A stretch of 64,000 bases of DNA from an uncultured Candidatus Rokubacteria bacterium (lineage in GTDB: Bacteria > Methylomirabilota > Methylomirabilia > Rokubacteriales > CSP1-6). Shown here one piece after another: positions 38,807 to 48,064 of this stretch. The DNA lies in NCBI GenBank assembly GCA_963754315.1, contig CAVWFS010000018.1, positions 856,188 through 920,187 on the forward strand, read 5' to 3'. The stretch's first letter is position 1; each line of letters opens with the position of its first letter. The notes beneath the pieces are model-generated. The model had not been told where the DNA came from, did not search any database, and worked only from the letters and a program-made list of their open reading frames with translations. Both the position numbers and the translations under genes were made by a program.

Positions 38807-39577
38807 ATGCCCGTACTGCTCGTCACCAATGATGACGGCATCCACGCCGCTGGTCTCGCCGCCCTCGCGCGCGCCGTCGAGGAGCTGGGCGAGGTGTACG
38901 TCATCGCGCCCGAGCGGGAGCAGAGCGCGTGCGGGCACGCGCTCACCCTGCACCGCCCCCTCCGGGTGGAGCAACTCGGTGACCGGCGCTTCGCCGTGAA
39001 TGGCACGCCGTCGGACTGCGTGAATCTGGCTGTGCTCGGCTTCTTGCCTGAGCGGCCGGTGCTTATTCTCTCGGGCATCAACCACGGCTCCAATCTCGGA
39101 GATGACGTCACCTACTCGGGCACGGTGTCGGCGGCCATGGAAGGGACACTGCTGGGTGTGCCATCCGTTGCCGTCTCGCTGGCGGCGGGTGGTGACTTCG
39201 AGGAAGCAGGTCGCATCGCGCGGCTGGTGGCCATGCGCGTGCTGGTCAGCAACCTGCCCGACAAGACCTTGCTGAATGTCAATGTGCCCGAGGGGACGCC
39301 GAAGGGTGTCCGGTTGGCGCGTCTCGGGCATCGCGTGTACGAGGGCAAGATCGTCGAGCAACAGGACCCTCGGGGACGCACTCACTACTGGATAGGTGGG
39401 GGGCCGCCACAGTGGAGCCTGCTCGAGGGGACCGACATGGGTGCTGTCCACTCGGGCTTCGTGGCCGTGACCCCTCTGCACCTCGATTTGACCCATCATC
39501 GCGCCATGGCCCAGATGAAAGACTGGCCGACCTGGCTCGGCGCCCGTCGCGAAGCCGACGGTCCTGACTCTCCGTGA
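38807..39577 (+). CDS. surE: 5'/3'-nucleotidase SurE
   Basis: TNDDGI, GTPSDCV, SGINHGSN, YSGTVSAA. Confidence 0.96.
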   Translation: MPVLLVTNDDGIHAAGLAALARAVEELGEVYVIAPEREQSACGHALTLHRPLRVEQLGDRRFAVNGTPSDCVNLAVLGFLPERPVLILSGINHGSNLGDDVTYSGTVSAAMEGTLLGVPSVAVSLAAGGDFEEAGRIARLVAMRVLVSNLPDKTLLNVNVPEGTPKGVRLARLGHRVYEGKIVEQQDPRGRTHYWIGGGPPQWSLLEGTDMGAVHSGFVAVTPLHLDLTHHRAMAQMKDWPTWLGARREADGPDSP

Positions 39578-40227
39578 GCACCGACGATCTCTTCGAGCGG
39601 GAGCGCCAGCGGATGGTGGACGAGCAACTCGTGCGACGAGGGATCACGGACGAACGGGTGCTGGCCGTCATGCGTCGGGTCCCGCGCCACCTCTTTGTTG
39701 AGGAGGCGTTTCGGGAGCGCGCCTACGGTGATCATCCCCTGCCGATCGGCCAGGGGCAGACGATCTCTCAGCCCTACATCGTGGCCCTCATGACGACGTT
39801 GCTCGCACTCAGCGGCCGCGAGAAAGTCCTGGAGGTCGGCACGGGCTCCGGCTACCAGACGGCGGTCCTGGCCGGGCTGGCCCGGCGGGTGTGCTCTGTC
39901 GAGCGGATCGCGGCCCTCGCGCTGCGGGCGCGGGCCGTGCTGGAGGGCCTCGGCTACGCCAACGTGTGGGTTCGCGTAGGCAATGGCGCCCTCGGTTGGC
40001 TCGACGAGGCACCGTTTGATCGCATCCTGGTGGCGGCGGGGGGGCCGAGCGTGCCGCCTCCGCTCTTCGACCAGCTGGTGGAGGGGGGACGCATGGTTCT
40101 GCCCCTCGGGGACCAGACGAGCCAGACGCTGACCCTTGTGGAGAACCTGGGAGGTCAGATGCGCACGCGGGGCTGCGGCGACTGCAGCTTCGTGCCGCTC
40201 GTCGGCAAGTACGCGTGGAACGCGTAA
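39574..40227 (+). CDS. pcm: Protein-L-isoaspartate O-methyltransferase
   Basis: [37 protein letters not shown]. Confidence 0.96.
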   Translation: MSTDDLFERERQRMVDEQLVRRGITDERVLAVMRRVPRHLFVEEAFRERAYGDHPLPIGQGQTISQPYIVALMTTLLALSGREKVLEVGTGSGYQTAVLAGLARRVCSVERIAALALRARAVLEGLGYANVWVRVGNGALGWLDEAPFDRILVAAGGPSVPPPLFDQLVEGGRMVLPLGDQTSQTLTLVENLGGQMRTRGCGDCSFVPLVGKYAWNA

Positions 40228-40251
40228 CTTGTATAATCGGGGATGGTAGTT

Positions 40252-40328
<77 letters not shown>

Positions 40329-40341
40329 CTCTCCAGGCCGC

Positions 40342-40367
40342 CGCCGATCGAGTGCTTCCGATCGGCG
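40342..40367 (+). terminator. Hairpin downstream of tRNA-Pro(CGG)
   Basis: CGCCGATCG-agtgcttc-CGATCGGCG; no U-tract. Confidence 0.4.
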
Positions 40368-40390
40368 AGCGACCATGACCTGACGAACTG

Positions 40391-40696
40391 TTGGGCGAGG
40401 ACACACAGCTGAACGCGGCCGATATCACGGTGGAGGGCCTCGTGCAGGGAGTCGGGTTCCGCGAGTTTACTCGACGCCATGCTCGGGATCTCGGGCTGTC
40501 CGGGTACGTGCTCAATGCACGCGATGGGTGCGTGCGGGTTCGGGCCGAGGGGGGACGGGAGGCCATTGAGGCCCTGGTCAGCCTGCTCGAACAGGGGCCC
40601 CGGCTAGCCCGGGTCGAGCGGGTCGCGCTCAGCTGGTGCGAAGCCACCGGCGCTTGGCCGACCTTCAGCGTGCGGAGCGAGGATCGAGACAGGTGA
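40391..40696 (+). CDS. acyP: Acylphosphatase
   Basis: [23 protein letters not shown]. Confidence 0.92.
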   Translation: MGEDTQLNAADITVEGLVQGVGFREFTRRHARDLGLSGYVLNARDGCVRVRAEGGREAIEALVSLLEQGPRLARVERVALSWCEATGAWPTFSVRSEDRDR

Positions 40697-41523
40697 GCGA
40701 GCGCCAGCGCAGGAGAGTGGCGTGGCAGGCCGGACTGATTGGCACCCTGGTCGTCACCACCGCGCTCGTGTCGCCGCTCTGCGCCGCGCCCCACTTCGGC
40801 GGAATCACGCACGAGGTGAAGCGGAGCGAGACGCTAAGCGGAATTGCCCGCCAGTACGGGATAACGGTCCGGCAGATCGTACTGGCCAACCGCTTGCCCA
40901 GTGCGCGGGCGCCTCTGCATCCGGGGCGAACCCTGACCATTCCCGACCAGAAGGGTGATCCACCTCAAGAGACCCTCAAGCGAGCGCCCACGAAACCGGC
41001 GCTGAGGCGTGCCTCGCTGCGATCAAGCGCGCTGCGCGACGTCTTCGCGCTTCCCCCATCGAGCCTGGTACTGGCTATCCCCGAGTTCGACGTTCCGGTG
41101 CCGGAATTCATCTGGCCCGTGGATGGCGCAGTGAGCTCGGCTTTCGGTCGCCGCGGCCGCGGCTGGCATCGGGGCGTGGACATCATGGCTGTCGAAGGCA
41201 CGCCCATTTACGCCGCTGCCCCCGGCCTGGTCATCACCAGCGGGCGCGAGCCCCGCTATGGCCTCGTCGTGAAGATCGAGCACGAGGGCGGGTTTGTCAC
41301 CGTCTATGCGCACAACCTTGCCAACAGCGTCGAGGTGGGAATGCGCGTGGTCGCCGGCCAGGAGGTTGCCAATGTCGGCCGCAGCGGTCGGGCCACGAAT
41401 CCACACGTGCATTTCGAGGTTCGCCACGACGGGCGAGTTGTCAACCCGCTCTATCTGCTGCCTCTACCGCCACGCGTCGCCGCCGAGGAGCTCAGCGTCG
41501 AGGCCGAGGAAGAGGATGAGTGA
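40693..41523 (+). CDS. LysM + M23 peptidase (NlpD-like)
   Basis: [17 protein letters not shown]ysM; HRGVD, YAHN, HVHFEVR. Confidence 0.9.
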   Translation: MSERQRRRVAWQAGLIGTLVVTTALVSPLCAAPHFGGITHEVKRSETLSGIARQYGITVRQIVLANRLPSARAPLHPGRTLTIPDQKGDPPQETLKRAPTKPALRRASLRSSALRDVFALPPSSLVLAIPEFDVPVPEFIWPVDGAVSSAFGRRGRGWHRGVDIMAVEGTPIYAAAPGLVITSGREPRYGLVVKIEHEGGFVTVYAHNLANSVEVGMRVVAGQEVANVGRSGRATNPHVHFEVRHDGRVVNPLYLLPLPPRVAAEELSVEAEEEDE

Positions 41524-42439
41524 GGAACCCGAGGTCGAGGTCATCCCGGACTCGCCGCTCGACGAGCTGGTTGATGTCGCCGATGGCAATACGCGGGCGG
41601 AGACACGCGAAACCACCCGTGCCAACCTTGGTCGGTATCTGTCCGAGATCTCCCGCATTGCGCTCCTCTCACGCGACGAGGAGGTCGCCCTCGCCCGCCG
41701 CATTCAGGCCGGCGATCAGGAAGCTAGGGCCCGGCTGATCGAGGCGAACCTTCGCCTCGTGGTACAGATTGCACGCCGCTATCTCAACCGCGGACTCCCC
41801 CTGCCTGACCTCATCGAGGAGGGAAACCTCGGACTCATGCGGGCCGCCGAGAAATTCGAGCCGGAGCGGGGAACGCGCTTCTCGACCTATGCCACCTGGT
41901 GGATTCGTCACGCTGTTGTGCGGGCCCTCGCCAATCAGGCGCGTATGATCCGACTCCCAGTGCACGTGGAGGCCCTGCTGGGCCGCTACGCCAGGGAGCA
42001 CGCTCGAATGACCCAGGAGTTGAACCGTTCGCCGACGCCGGAGGAGATGGCGGCCGCCCTGCACACGAGCGTCGAGCAGGTGCGGGAGCTGGAGGAAATC
42101 CGCCAGCCGCCAGTCTCGCTGGACGCGCCCGCGGGTCCGGATCACACACCACTCTACGATGTGGTGGCCGACGCATCGGCGGATCCCTCGGTCGCCTTGG
42201 GGGCCTTGCTGCGCGCCCGGCGGGATCTGACGTCCGTTCTCGACGATCTGGCTGCCAACGAGCGCACGGTGCTTCGCCGACGATTCGGTCTGGATGGCGC
42301 TCCGGAGGAGACCCTCGAGATGATCGGCCAGCGGCTGTCGCTCAGCCGTGAGCGCGTGCGCCAGATCGAGGCCAACGGCCTGCGTAAACTGCGCGCGCTG
42401 CTGACCGCCCGTGGCGTCGCTCCGGACGAGCTCGCCTGA
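41516..42439 (+). CDS. Group 2 sigma70 factor, RpoS-like
   Basis: [44 protein letters not shown]; no region 1.1; surE-pcm-nlpD context. Confidence 0.88.
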   Translation: MSEEPEVEVIPDSPLDELVDVADGNTRAETRETTRANLGRYLSEISRIALLSRDEEVALARRIQAGDQEARARLIEANLRLVVQIARRYLNRGLPLPDLIEEGNLGLMRAAEKFEPERGTRFSTYATWWIRHAVVRALANQARMIRLPVHVEALLGRYAREHARMTQELNRSPTPEEMAAALHTSVEQVRELEEIRQPPVSLDAPAGPDHTPLYDVVADASADPSVALGALLRARRDLTSVLDDLAANERTVLRRRFGLDGAPEETLEMIGQRLSLSRERVRQIEANGLRKLRALLTARGVAPDELA

Positions 42440-42457
42440 GGCGTCGGCGAGGATAGC

Positions 42458-42661
42458 GTGAGCGGTCCGCTGTGGGCCGTGGTAGGGTTCATCCTCGGTG
42501 TGGCGGTCGGCATGCTGGCTCTGGCCTGCTTTGTTGCGGCGCACAGCATGCGGGCGCGCCGGCGCGCAGGACCGGTGGCGAGGGGAACACATGAGGGGCA
42601 ATCGACACGGGAAGGGCCCCGGGCGACTGATCAGAGCGCTCCGGATCCATCGGGGACTTAG
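42458..42661 (+). CDS. Small hypothetical single-TM protein
   Basis: Hydrophobic N-terminus LWAVVGFILGVAVGMLALACF. Confidence 0.4.
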   Translation: MSGPLWAVVGFILGVAVGMLALACFVAAHSMRARRRAGPVARGTHEGQSTREGPRATDQSAPDPSGT

Positions 42662-42806
42662 CATTCGCGCGCTGGCCCAGAAAGCCAACGTGGCGGCCGG
42701 CTACATCTCCGAACTCGAAAACGGCCGAAAACTGGAGCCCGGCCTCGACGTTCTCCGTCGCCTCGCCAAGGCGCTCGGCGCCCCCCTCTCAGACTTGATC
42801 GAATAG
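42591..42806 (+). CDS. XRE-family HTH regulator
   Basis: RGLSIRALA..A.V..GYISELENG....PGLDVLRRLAKAL; GAGGGG SD. Confidence 0.85.
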   Translation: MRGNRHGKGPGRLIRALRIHRGLSIRALAQKANVAAGYISELENGRKLEPGLDVLRRLAKALGAPLSDLIE

Positions 42807-42966
42807 TCGGGAAGGGAAGCCGCCCGGCAGCGTCGGCCCTGTTTATGGTCGGACTGGGGGCTACTCCAGGCCGGACTCGTGTCGAAGCCTGAGGAGCGGA
42901 GACCGTTTCACTCAGGACACATCCTCTCGGCTGATACAATCGAGTGAACGCTGCGTAGCTTCGCGG

Positions 42967-43043
42967 GCCCCCGTAGCTCAGGTGGATAGAGCAGCAGTTT
43001 CCTAAACTGCGTGCCGGGTGTTCGAGTCACCCCGGGGGCACCA
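42967..43043 (+). tRNA. tRNA-Arg(CCT)
   Basis: 77-nt cloverleaf GCCCCCG...CGGGGGCACCA; anticodon arm GCAGT-ttCCTaa-ACTGC; TGaTACAAT extended -10 at 42932-40. Confidence 0.95.
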
Positions 43044-44666
43044 ACTCCCCGCGAAGCACCAGGGCCAGCAGCGGCCCCACGCTCGCCTGGCCCGTGACGC
43101 GGACGCCCTCCGGCGTGCGGCGCACCGTCAGGCGGTCGGGCAACAGCTCGCGCATGATCTGCTGGCGCGATGGGCGCCATCCTCGCGCAGGCGGGCCCGC
43201 CAGTCCTCGCACAGCGCGCGCAGCTCCTCCGCGATGGCGGCCGCATCGACCAGCGGGAGCGGGCGCTGGCGCCGGTCGAGGGCGGCCAGCTCGGCCTCGA
43301 CGGCCACGCGGCGCCGCTCCCGTGTCTGCATCGCAGTCACCGAGGGCCTGGATCGATCCACCAGCGGCGATGGCCTCGGCGTAGCGGGCCAGCTCGCGCT
43401 CGACGGCCTGGCGCTCCGCCTCGAGGGCCCGTCGTCGGGCGCGGTCGTCGGCCTGGGGGCGCAGCTGGGCGACGGCGCGGGTGACAGCCGTGTGGAGCAC
43501 CCGCGGGGTGAGCAGGCGCTCGCCGATCTCCTCCAGCATGGCGCGCGTCGAGCTGCTCGGCCCGCAGGCGCAGGGCGCCCAGGGCAGGGGATGCCGCGGG
43601 TGCGCTGGCGGGAGCACACGTAGTACTCCCACATGCCCTGCCCGCCGCGGCCGCTGTGTCGAGACATCTGCAGGCCGCCTCCGCAATGCCCGCACTGGAG
43701 CACTCCGGTCAGCAGGTAGCGCCCAGACGTGGGGACGGGAGGGAGGCTGCCCTGGCGCGGCGTGCGACGGGGGCACCCTGGATAGAGGGCTCGGGCGGCC
43801 TCCAGCCGTCGGTGGGCCCGCTGCCAGAGCTCGTCACTGACGATGGCGAGCGCCGGGCTCTGCGTGGTCACCCACGCGGCCGCGTCGCGCACGCGCTCCT
43901 TGCGCTTGGTCCCGCCACTGTCCACCCAGCGGGTGAGGCCATACTGCGGGCGGCCCCGGTACAGCTCGCGGTAGAGCATCGCCCGAATGCTCGACGCCAC
44001 CCACGCGGCCCCGCCTCGCGGGGCGGGGATGCCGTCGGCGTTCAAGCGGGCGGCCACCGTCACGTAGCCGGCGCCATCGGCCACGGCCTGGAAGATGCGC
44101 CGCACGATGGCGGCCTCGGCCTCGAGGATCTCCCGCCGCACGTGGCCGGCCTCCCGGACGTTGCGGTAGCCGTAGCAGAGGCCGCCGGCCACATGCCCGC
44201 GCTCGGCGTGCCGGCGGAGGGCGTCGCGGGTGCGCTGGCGCGATTGCTCGCGGTGCATATCGTCCACGAAGGCCAGCGCCGTCACCATGAACCGGTCGGC
44301 CGCGCTCTCGCGCTTGATCTCGCTCTCGGTCAGATAGCAGAACACGCGCACCCCGGCATCGGTGAGGCGCCGCAGCACGAGGGGCACCTCGTCCAGCGAA
44401 CGGCCGAGGCGCGACTGCTCCATCGTGACGAGCACCTGGAACGGCGGCCGCGGCTTGAGCGCGTTCATCAGCGCCAGGAACCCGGGGCGCTTGACGAACT
44501 CGGCGCCGCTGATCCCGTCGTCGGTGTAGACGTACTCGGGCCGCACCACCCAGCCCTGGCGCGCCGCGTAGGCGCGGGCGCGCTCCACTTGCCGGGTGAC
44601 GGACTTCTCCTCGTCGGGCAGGTTCTGGTCGTTGGACTTCCGGGCATAGATGGCGGCGATGCTCAT
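43027..44666 (-). CDS. Large serine recombinase (resolvase + recombinase + Zn ribbon + coiled coil), several frameshifts in 3' third
   Basis: AIYARKS (catalytic Ser), DDGISG, SRLGR, YGY, YLLTGVLQCGHCGG, YYVC; reconstructed end ...LVLRGELVPPG* inside tRNA-Arg. Confidence 0.92.
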
Positions 44667-44897
44667 TCGGTCTCTCCCGCGAGAGATGATGGGGGCATGG
44701 CAAACAACTGCCTATGCCGCTTCCACCGCACGTGCTCGATCAGCTGGCGCCCATTCCAACCATTACGGCGAGGAACAAGACAGTTCGGCCGCGAGGGAAA
44801 AGGGAATAGCGACGGGTCGTGGGCGATGACACCTATTAATTAGATCACCGGACCAAGGGAGACTGGCGCAGGTCGACGTCATGGCTTGAAACCGCGG

Positions 44898-45092
44898 CTA
44901 ACGAGCACCACCCGTCCGCCTCCACAAAAATATCCCTGCCACGATGACCAAAGCCCCGATGATTACGCCAAGCGCCTTCTTCCAACCGAAGCCGGGGTAC
45001 TCACCAAGACCCAAGGGATTGGCGAACCCTGACAGGAGGACGAGGACAACACCAACGGCGATCAGGATCCATGCGAACGCCGGATTCTTCAT
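44898..45092 (-). CDS. Small two-TM hypothetical membrane protein (64 aa)
   Basis: GGGAGG SD before ATG; two hydrophobic segments. Confidence 0.7.
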   Translation of the reverse strand: MKNPAFAWILIAVGVVLVLLSGFANPLGLGEYPGFGWKKALGVIIGALVIVAGIFLWRRTGGAR

Positions 45093-45120
45093 GGCAGCCT
45101 CCCTTCGACCCTCTACCGGA

Positions 45121-45336
45121 TCATCTAAACTCGTAGAGCACGGTCAGCGGCAGGGGGAGGACGCCCTTCTCCATATCGACGCCCAGCATGAGCAGCTCCT
45201 GCAGCGCGGCCATCGCGTAGTAGGTGTTCCAGGTCGAGCGCCGGGATTGCGCCCGTCCGCCAAACTGGCGGCCCGCCTCCTCGACGAGGCGATTGCGTGG
45301 ACGCCCTCTCCCCCTATTTGCGTGCAACGGTTGCAC
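45121..45336 (-). CDS. Hypothetical protein (71 aa)
   Basis: Fills the gap between co-oriented genes; basic N-terminus RGRGRPR; no recognised family. Confidence 0.4.
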   Translation of the reverse strand: MQPLHANRGRGRPRNRLVEEAGRQFGGRAQSRRSTWNTYYAMAALQELLMLGVDMEKGVLPLPLTVLYEFR

Positions 45337-45365
45337 GGTATTCGCTCCAGCAGCTGTGTGTAGGG

Positions 45366-45566
45366 TTACTCGGCCAGTGTCGCCACGTCGATCTTGAGGA
45401 CCTTCGCCAGGCGGAGCGCCGTGGGCAAGGTCAGCACACCGATCGCGCCGGCTTCCAGCTGGGAGATGTAGCCTTGCGTCAACCGGGCGGCCCGGGCCAG
45501 CGCCCGCTGACTGAGCCCCCGCTTGCGTCGTGCACGCTTCACGGTCCGGCTGATCGGGGAGGCCAT
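45366..45566 (-). CDS. XRE-family HTH regulator (66 aa)
   Basis: RGLSQRALARAARLTQGYISQLEAG...LRLAKVL. Confidence 0.88.
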   Translation of the reverse strand: MASPISRTVKRARRKRGLSQRALARAARLTQGYISQLEAGAIGVLTLPTALRLAKVLKIDVATLAE

Positions 45567-45573
45567 CCCCAGG

Positions 45574-45591
45574 AGATTAGCATGCTAATCT
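45574..45591. promoter_or_regulatory. Perfect 18-bp palindrome: candidate operator and symmetric extended -10
   Basis: AGATTAGCATGCTAATCT, ending 7 nt before the XRE ATG on the minus strand. Confidence 0.7.
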
Positions 45592-46279
45592 TCCCGGGTC
45601 CAGCGCGGCGAGGCCCCTCGGTTCATGGGCGCGGCGGCGGTGGCGTGACGCTGGGGGGCCAAACTGAGAGGCATTCGGACGAGCTAAGACCGCGAGAACC
45701 TGAGAGTTGGACGTTAGCGGTTGTTCGCTGGGTGCGGCTCAGGTTCGCCGGGTTGGGCACCGATCGCGAAAGTGACGAAGTAAGTGGCCTGGCACGTGAC
45801 CTTGACTCACGATGGCTCGCCCTGCATCACGTCGGACTCGAGTCCGCCGCAGCACTCGTGCTCAAGGGGAGAAGGCTTCAGGTGCTAGCCACAACGTGCT
45901 GGCGAAAGGCTTGGTCGCCTGATACCGGCCCGCCGTAACACGGGTTCGCTTCCCCAACGGGACCGGATCGAACTTACAGAATTCAAGTGCGTGATTTCAT
46001 CGCCGCCTTGTCCGATCCAGCCTCACCGCTATCACCATTCCGAGAGGTCTCGCCACTGCGATCGCGGAGGACCTCCGGCGGCGGCACCTCGATCCCGAGG
46101 GTGCGGCCCAACTCGATCGAGACATGGGCAAGAAGTGAAGTGCTAGTCGGGCCCGGCCGGGGCGGCGACTCCAAGCCGGGTCCTAACCCTTGGCGGACAT
46201 GGACTCCGTTCCCGGTGACTCCGGGAGGGGCGATTTCGATCTCGGCTGACGGGCAATGAGTGTCTTCGCGATCAGGGGC

Positions 46280-47521
46280 TCATGGTGCTGCCACGTCGAT
46301 GCCGGCCCTGACCCAGGTATCGAACCGGGGAGGGGTCTTCTTCCAGGGGTAGCCATCCCGGCCCTGACGGAACCCGTAGTCGAACAGCGCCCTCATGTAC
46401 TGGGTGTCGAACTCCTGCGGGTGCTCCGCGTCGAAGTCGTCGTCGATGAAGGCCAGGTTGAAGTCGAGCCCGTCGCGCTGCGTCGTGACGTAGATGCGGT
46501 AGAGATCCCCTAACCCCTGCGTGTGGATGAGCGACCCGATCGCCGGCCCGGCGATGCTGATGGTCCGCCGCTTGACGGGCGGCCACGAAGGGCGCAACGG
46601 GAATTGCGGATGACATAGACGCGAAACTTGCGGGTCATCTCCTCCCCCATGGAGGCGGCCACGCCGCGCATGCGCGGCGGGTAGAGGAAGACCTGCGTGG
46701 AGGCTCCGCCATCCACGTGCATCTCTTCATAGGTCTCGCCGTCCACCTCGACGCGGATCATGGTCGGGGGGAACGCCCCGGGGATCGCGGCCGAGGCCAG
46801 GAGGATGGTGCGGAACAGGTCGAGCGCGCCAGGGGCGCCGCTGGACGCGATCTTCCCCATGTTCCAGATGATCGGCTGGCGCGCGTCGAGGTTCGTCGTC
46901 CCCACCAGGAGGATGCGCCCCTTGGCATGCTCCTCCGCGATCTTCTTGAGCAGACCCTCGTCGACGTAGCGCGAGATCTGCTCCCAGAGCGGCCGGTTGT
47001 CGGCCATCGCATCGTTGTTGATCGCCGCCAGCAGGCTTCGCTTACGGCGACGTCGGACGGGCCGAGCGACGTGTAGACGGTGCGCAGGACGCGATCGTAC
47101 TCGGGGCCGAGGAACGCGAAGGGCGCGATCAGGGCCCCGGTGCTGACCCCCGTGACCGCCTTGAACTGGGGGCGGTTCCCGGATTCGGTCCAGCCGCAGA
47201 GCAGCCCCGCGCCGAACGCGCCGTTATCGCCCCCGCCCGACACCCCGAGCAGCGTGGCGGCGGCTAGCGCTCCCTCAAGCCCCGAGCTTGCCCGGTATTT
47301 CGCCTCACGCTCCCGGGCCTCGAGCACGTCGCGGACGAACGGCTCGATGTCGAGCCCACCCAGTACCTGGCGCGCGGGATCCCGGGGACCTCGGCCCGGG
47401 TCGTGAGCTCCTCGGGCACCGCGGGGAGCCGCGAGGGCCCCCGCAGCCCGCGAGCCACAAAGACCCCCACCGAGACAGCGCCGATGGCCGCGACACCCAA
47501 TGCCACGGTCCTTCTCCCCAT
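46280..47521 (-). CDS. Patatin-like phospholipase, probable lipoprotein (several frameshifts)
   Basis: SGGGDNGAFGAG, GVSTG nucleophile elbow, ASAAIPG.FPP, DGG; lipobox LAGC; AAGGAG SD. Confidence 0.87.
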
Positions 47522-47547
47522 GGCTGCTCCTTGTCCGCGACCGGCCC

Positions 47548-48006
47548 CACCCTCTCCTTCGGCGTGGCCGCGGTCGGCGCCATGGCCGCCCCGGCGCTGC
47601 GCCGGCTGCTGCGCGGCTCGACCCGGGTCACCTGCGCCGTGCTGATCGCTGCTCGGCGCGGCCGGCATCGCCGCGCTGGCCGGGCCCGGACCTGCTGGTC
47701 GTCGCGGCCCTCGGGTTCGCCGCCTACTACCTCGCCCACGGCTCGACCTGGCCGCTGCTGAGCGCGGTGCTGCACTCCCGGGTCACCGCCGCGCACCGCG
47801 CCACCGCGGTGTCGGCGATGTCGCTGGCCATGGCGCTCGGCGGCATCCTCGGCAACCTGGTGGTCCCGGGGCTCGCCGCGGCCGTCAGCCTCGACGCCGC
47901 GTTCCTCGCGGTGGCCGCCGTCGTGCTGCGTCGCGCGCCGTGGCCTGCCTCCGGCTGCCGACCGTCCGGGTCGACGTCGCGCTCGCCGAGGACGCCGCCG
48001 GTCTGA
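47548..48006 (+). pseudogene. C-terminal fragment of an actinobacterial-style MFS transporter (5' part missing at junction)
   Basis: Hydrophobic helices, WPLLSAVLHSRV...HRATAVS MFS C-terminal motif; no start or N-terminal half. Confidence 0.65.
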
Positions 48007-48026
48007 GCGCGGCACTGACGGCCCTC

Positions 48027-48058
48027 GAAACGCGCGGGACACAGGTCGTTACTAGGTT
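48027..48058 (+). promoter_or_regulatory. Leaderless promoter with GlnR-box-like repeats
   Basis: GAAAC-N6-GACAC-N5-GTTAC then TAGGTT, 6 nt before ATG 48065. Confidence 0.45.
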
Positions 48059-48064
48059 CGCCCC

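Larger units (their letters stand above)
43027..47545. mobile_element. Integrative element/genomic island at tRNA-Arg(CCT); right boundary not visible
   Basis: Recombinase abutting tRNA 3' end, strand switch, small accessory ORFs, lower-GC intergenic DNA. Confidence 0.7.

Noticed and set aside
43768..43787. CGGGGGCACC and TGGATAGAG inside the recombinase gene match pieces of tRNA-Arg
   Set aside because: Short GC-rich matches in the wrong order within coding sequence; probably chance and not a usable attR.
45983..46174. Minus-strand ORF with LGRTLGIEVPPPEVLR, reminiscent of ABC substrate-binding protein C-termini
   Set aside because: Resemblance covers about 15 residues only, with no SD or other support.
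45645..46235. Candidate attR copies of the tRNA-Arg 3' end (e.g. GGGGGGCCAAACT near 45653, GTGACTCCGGGAGG near 46215)
   Set aside because: Similarity is too weak or in the wrong orientation; the right boundary cannot be called.
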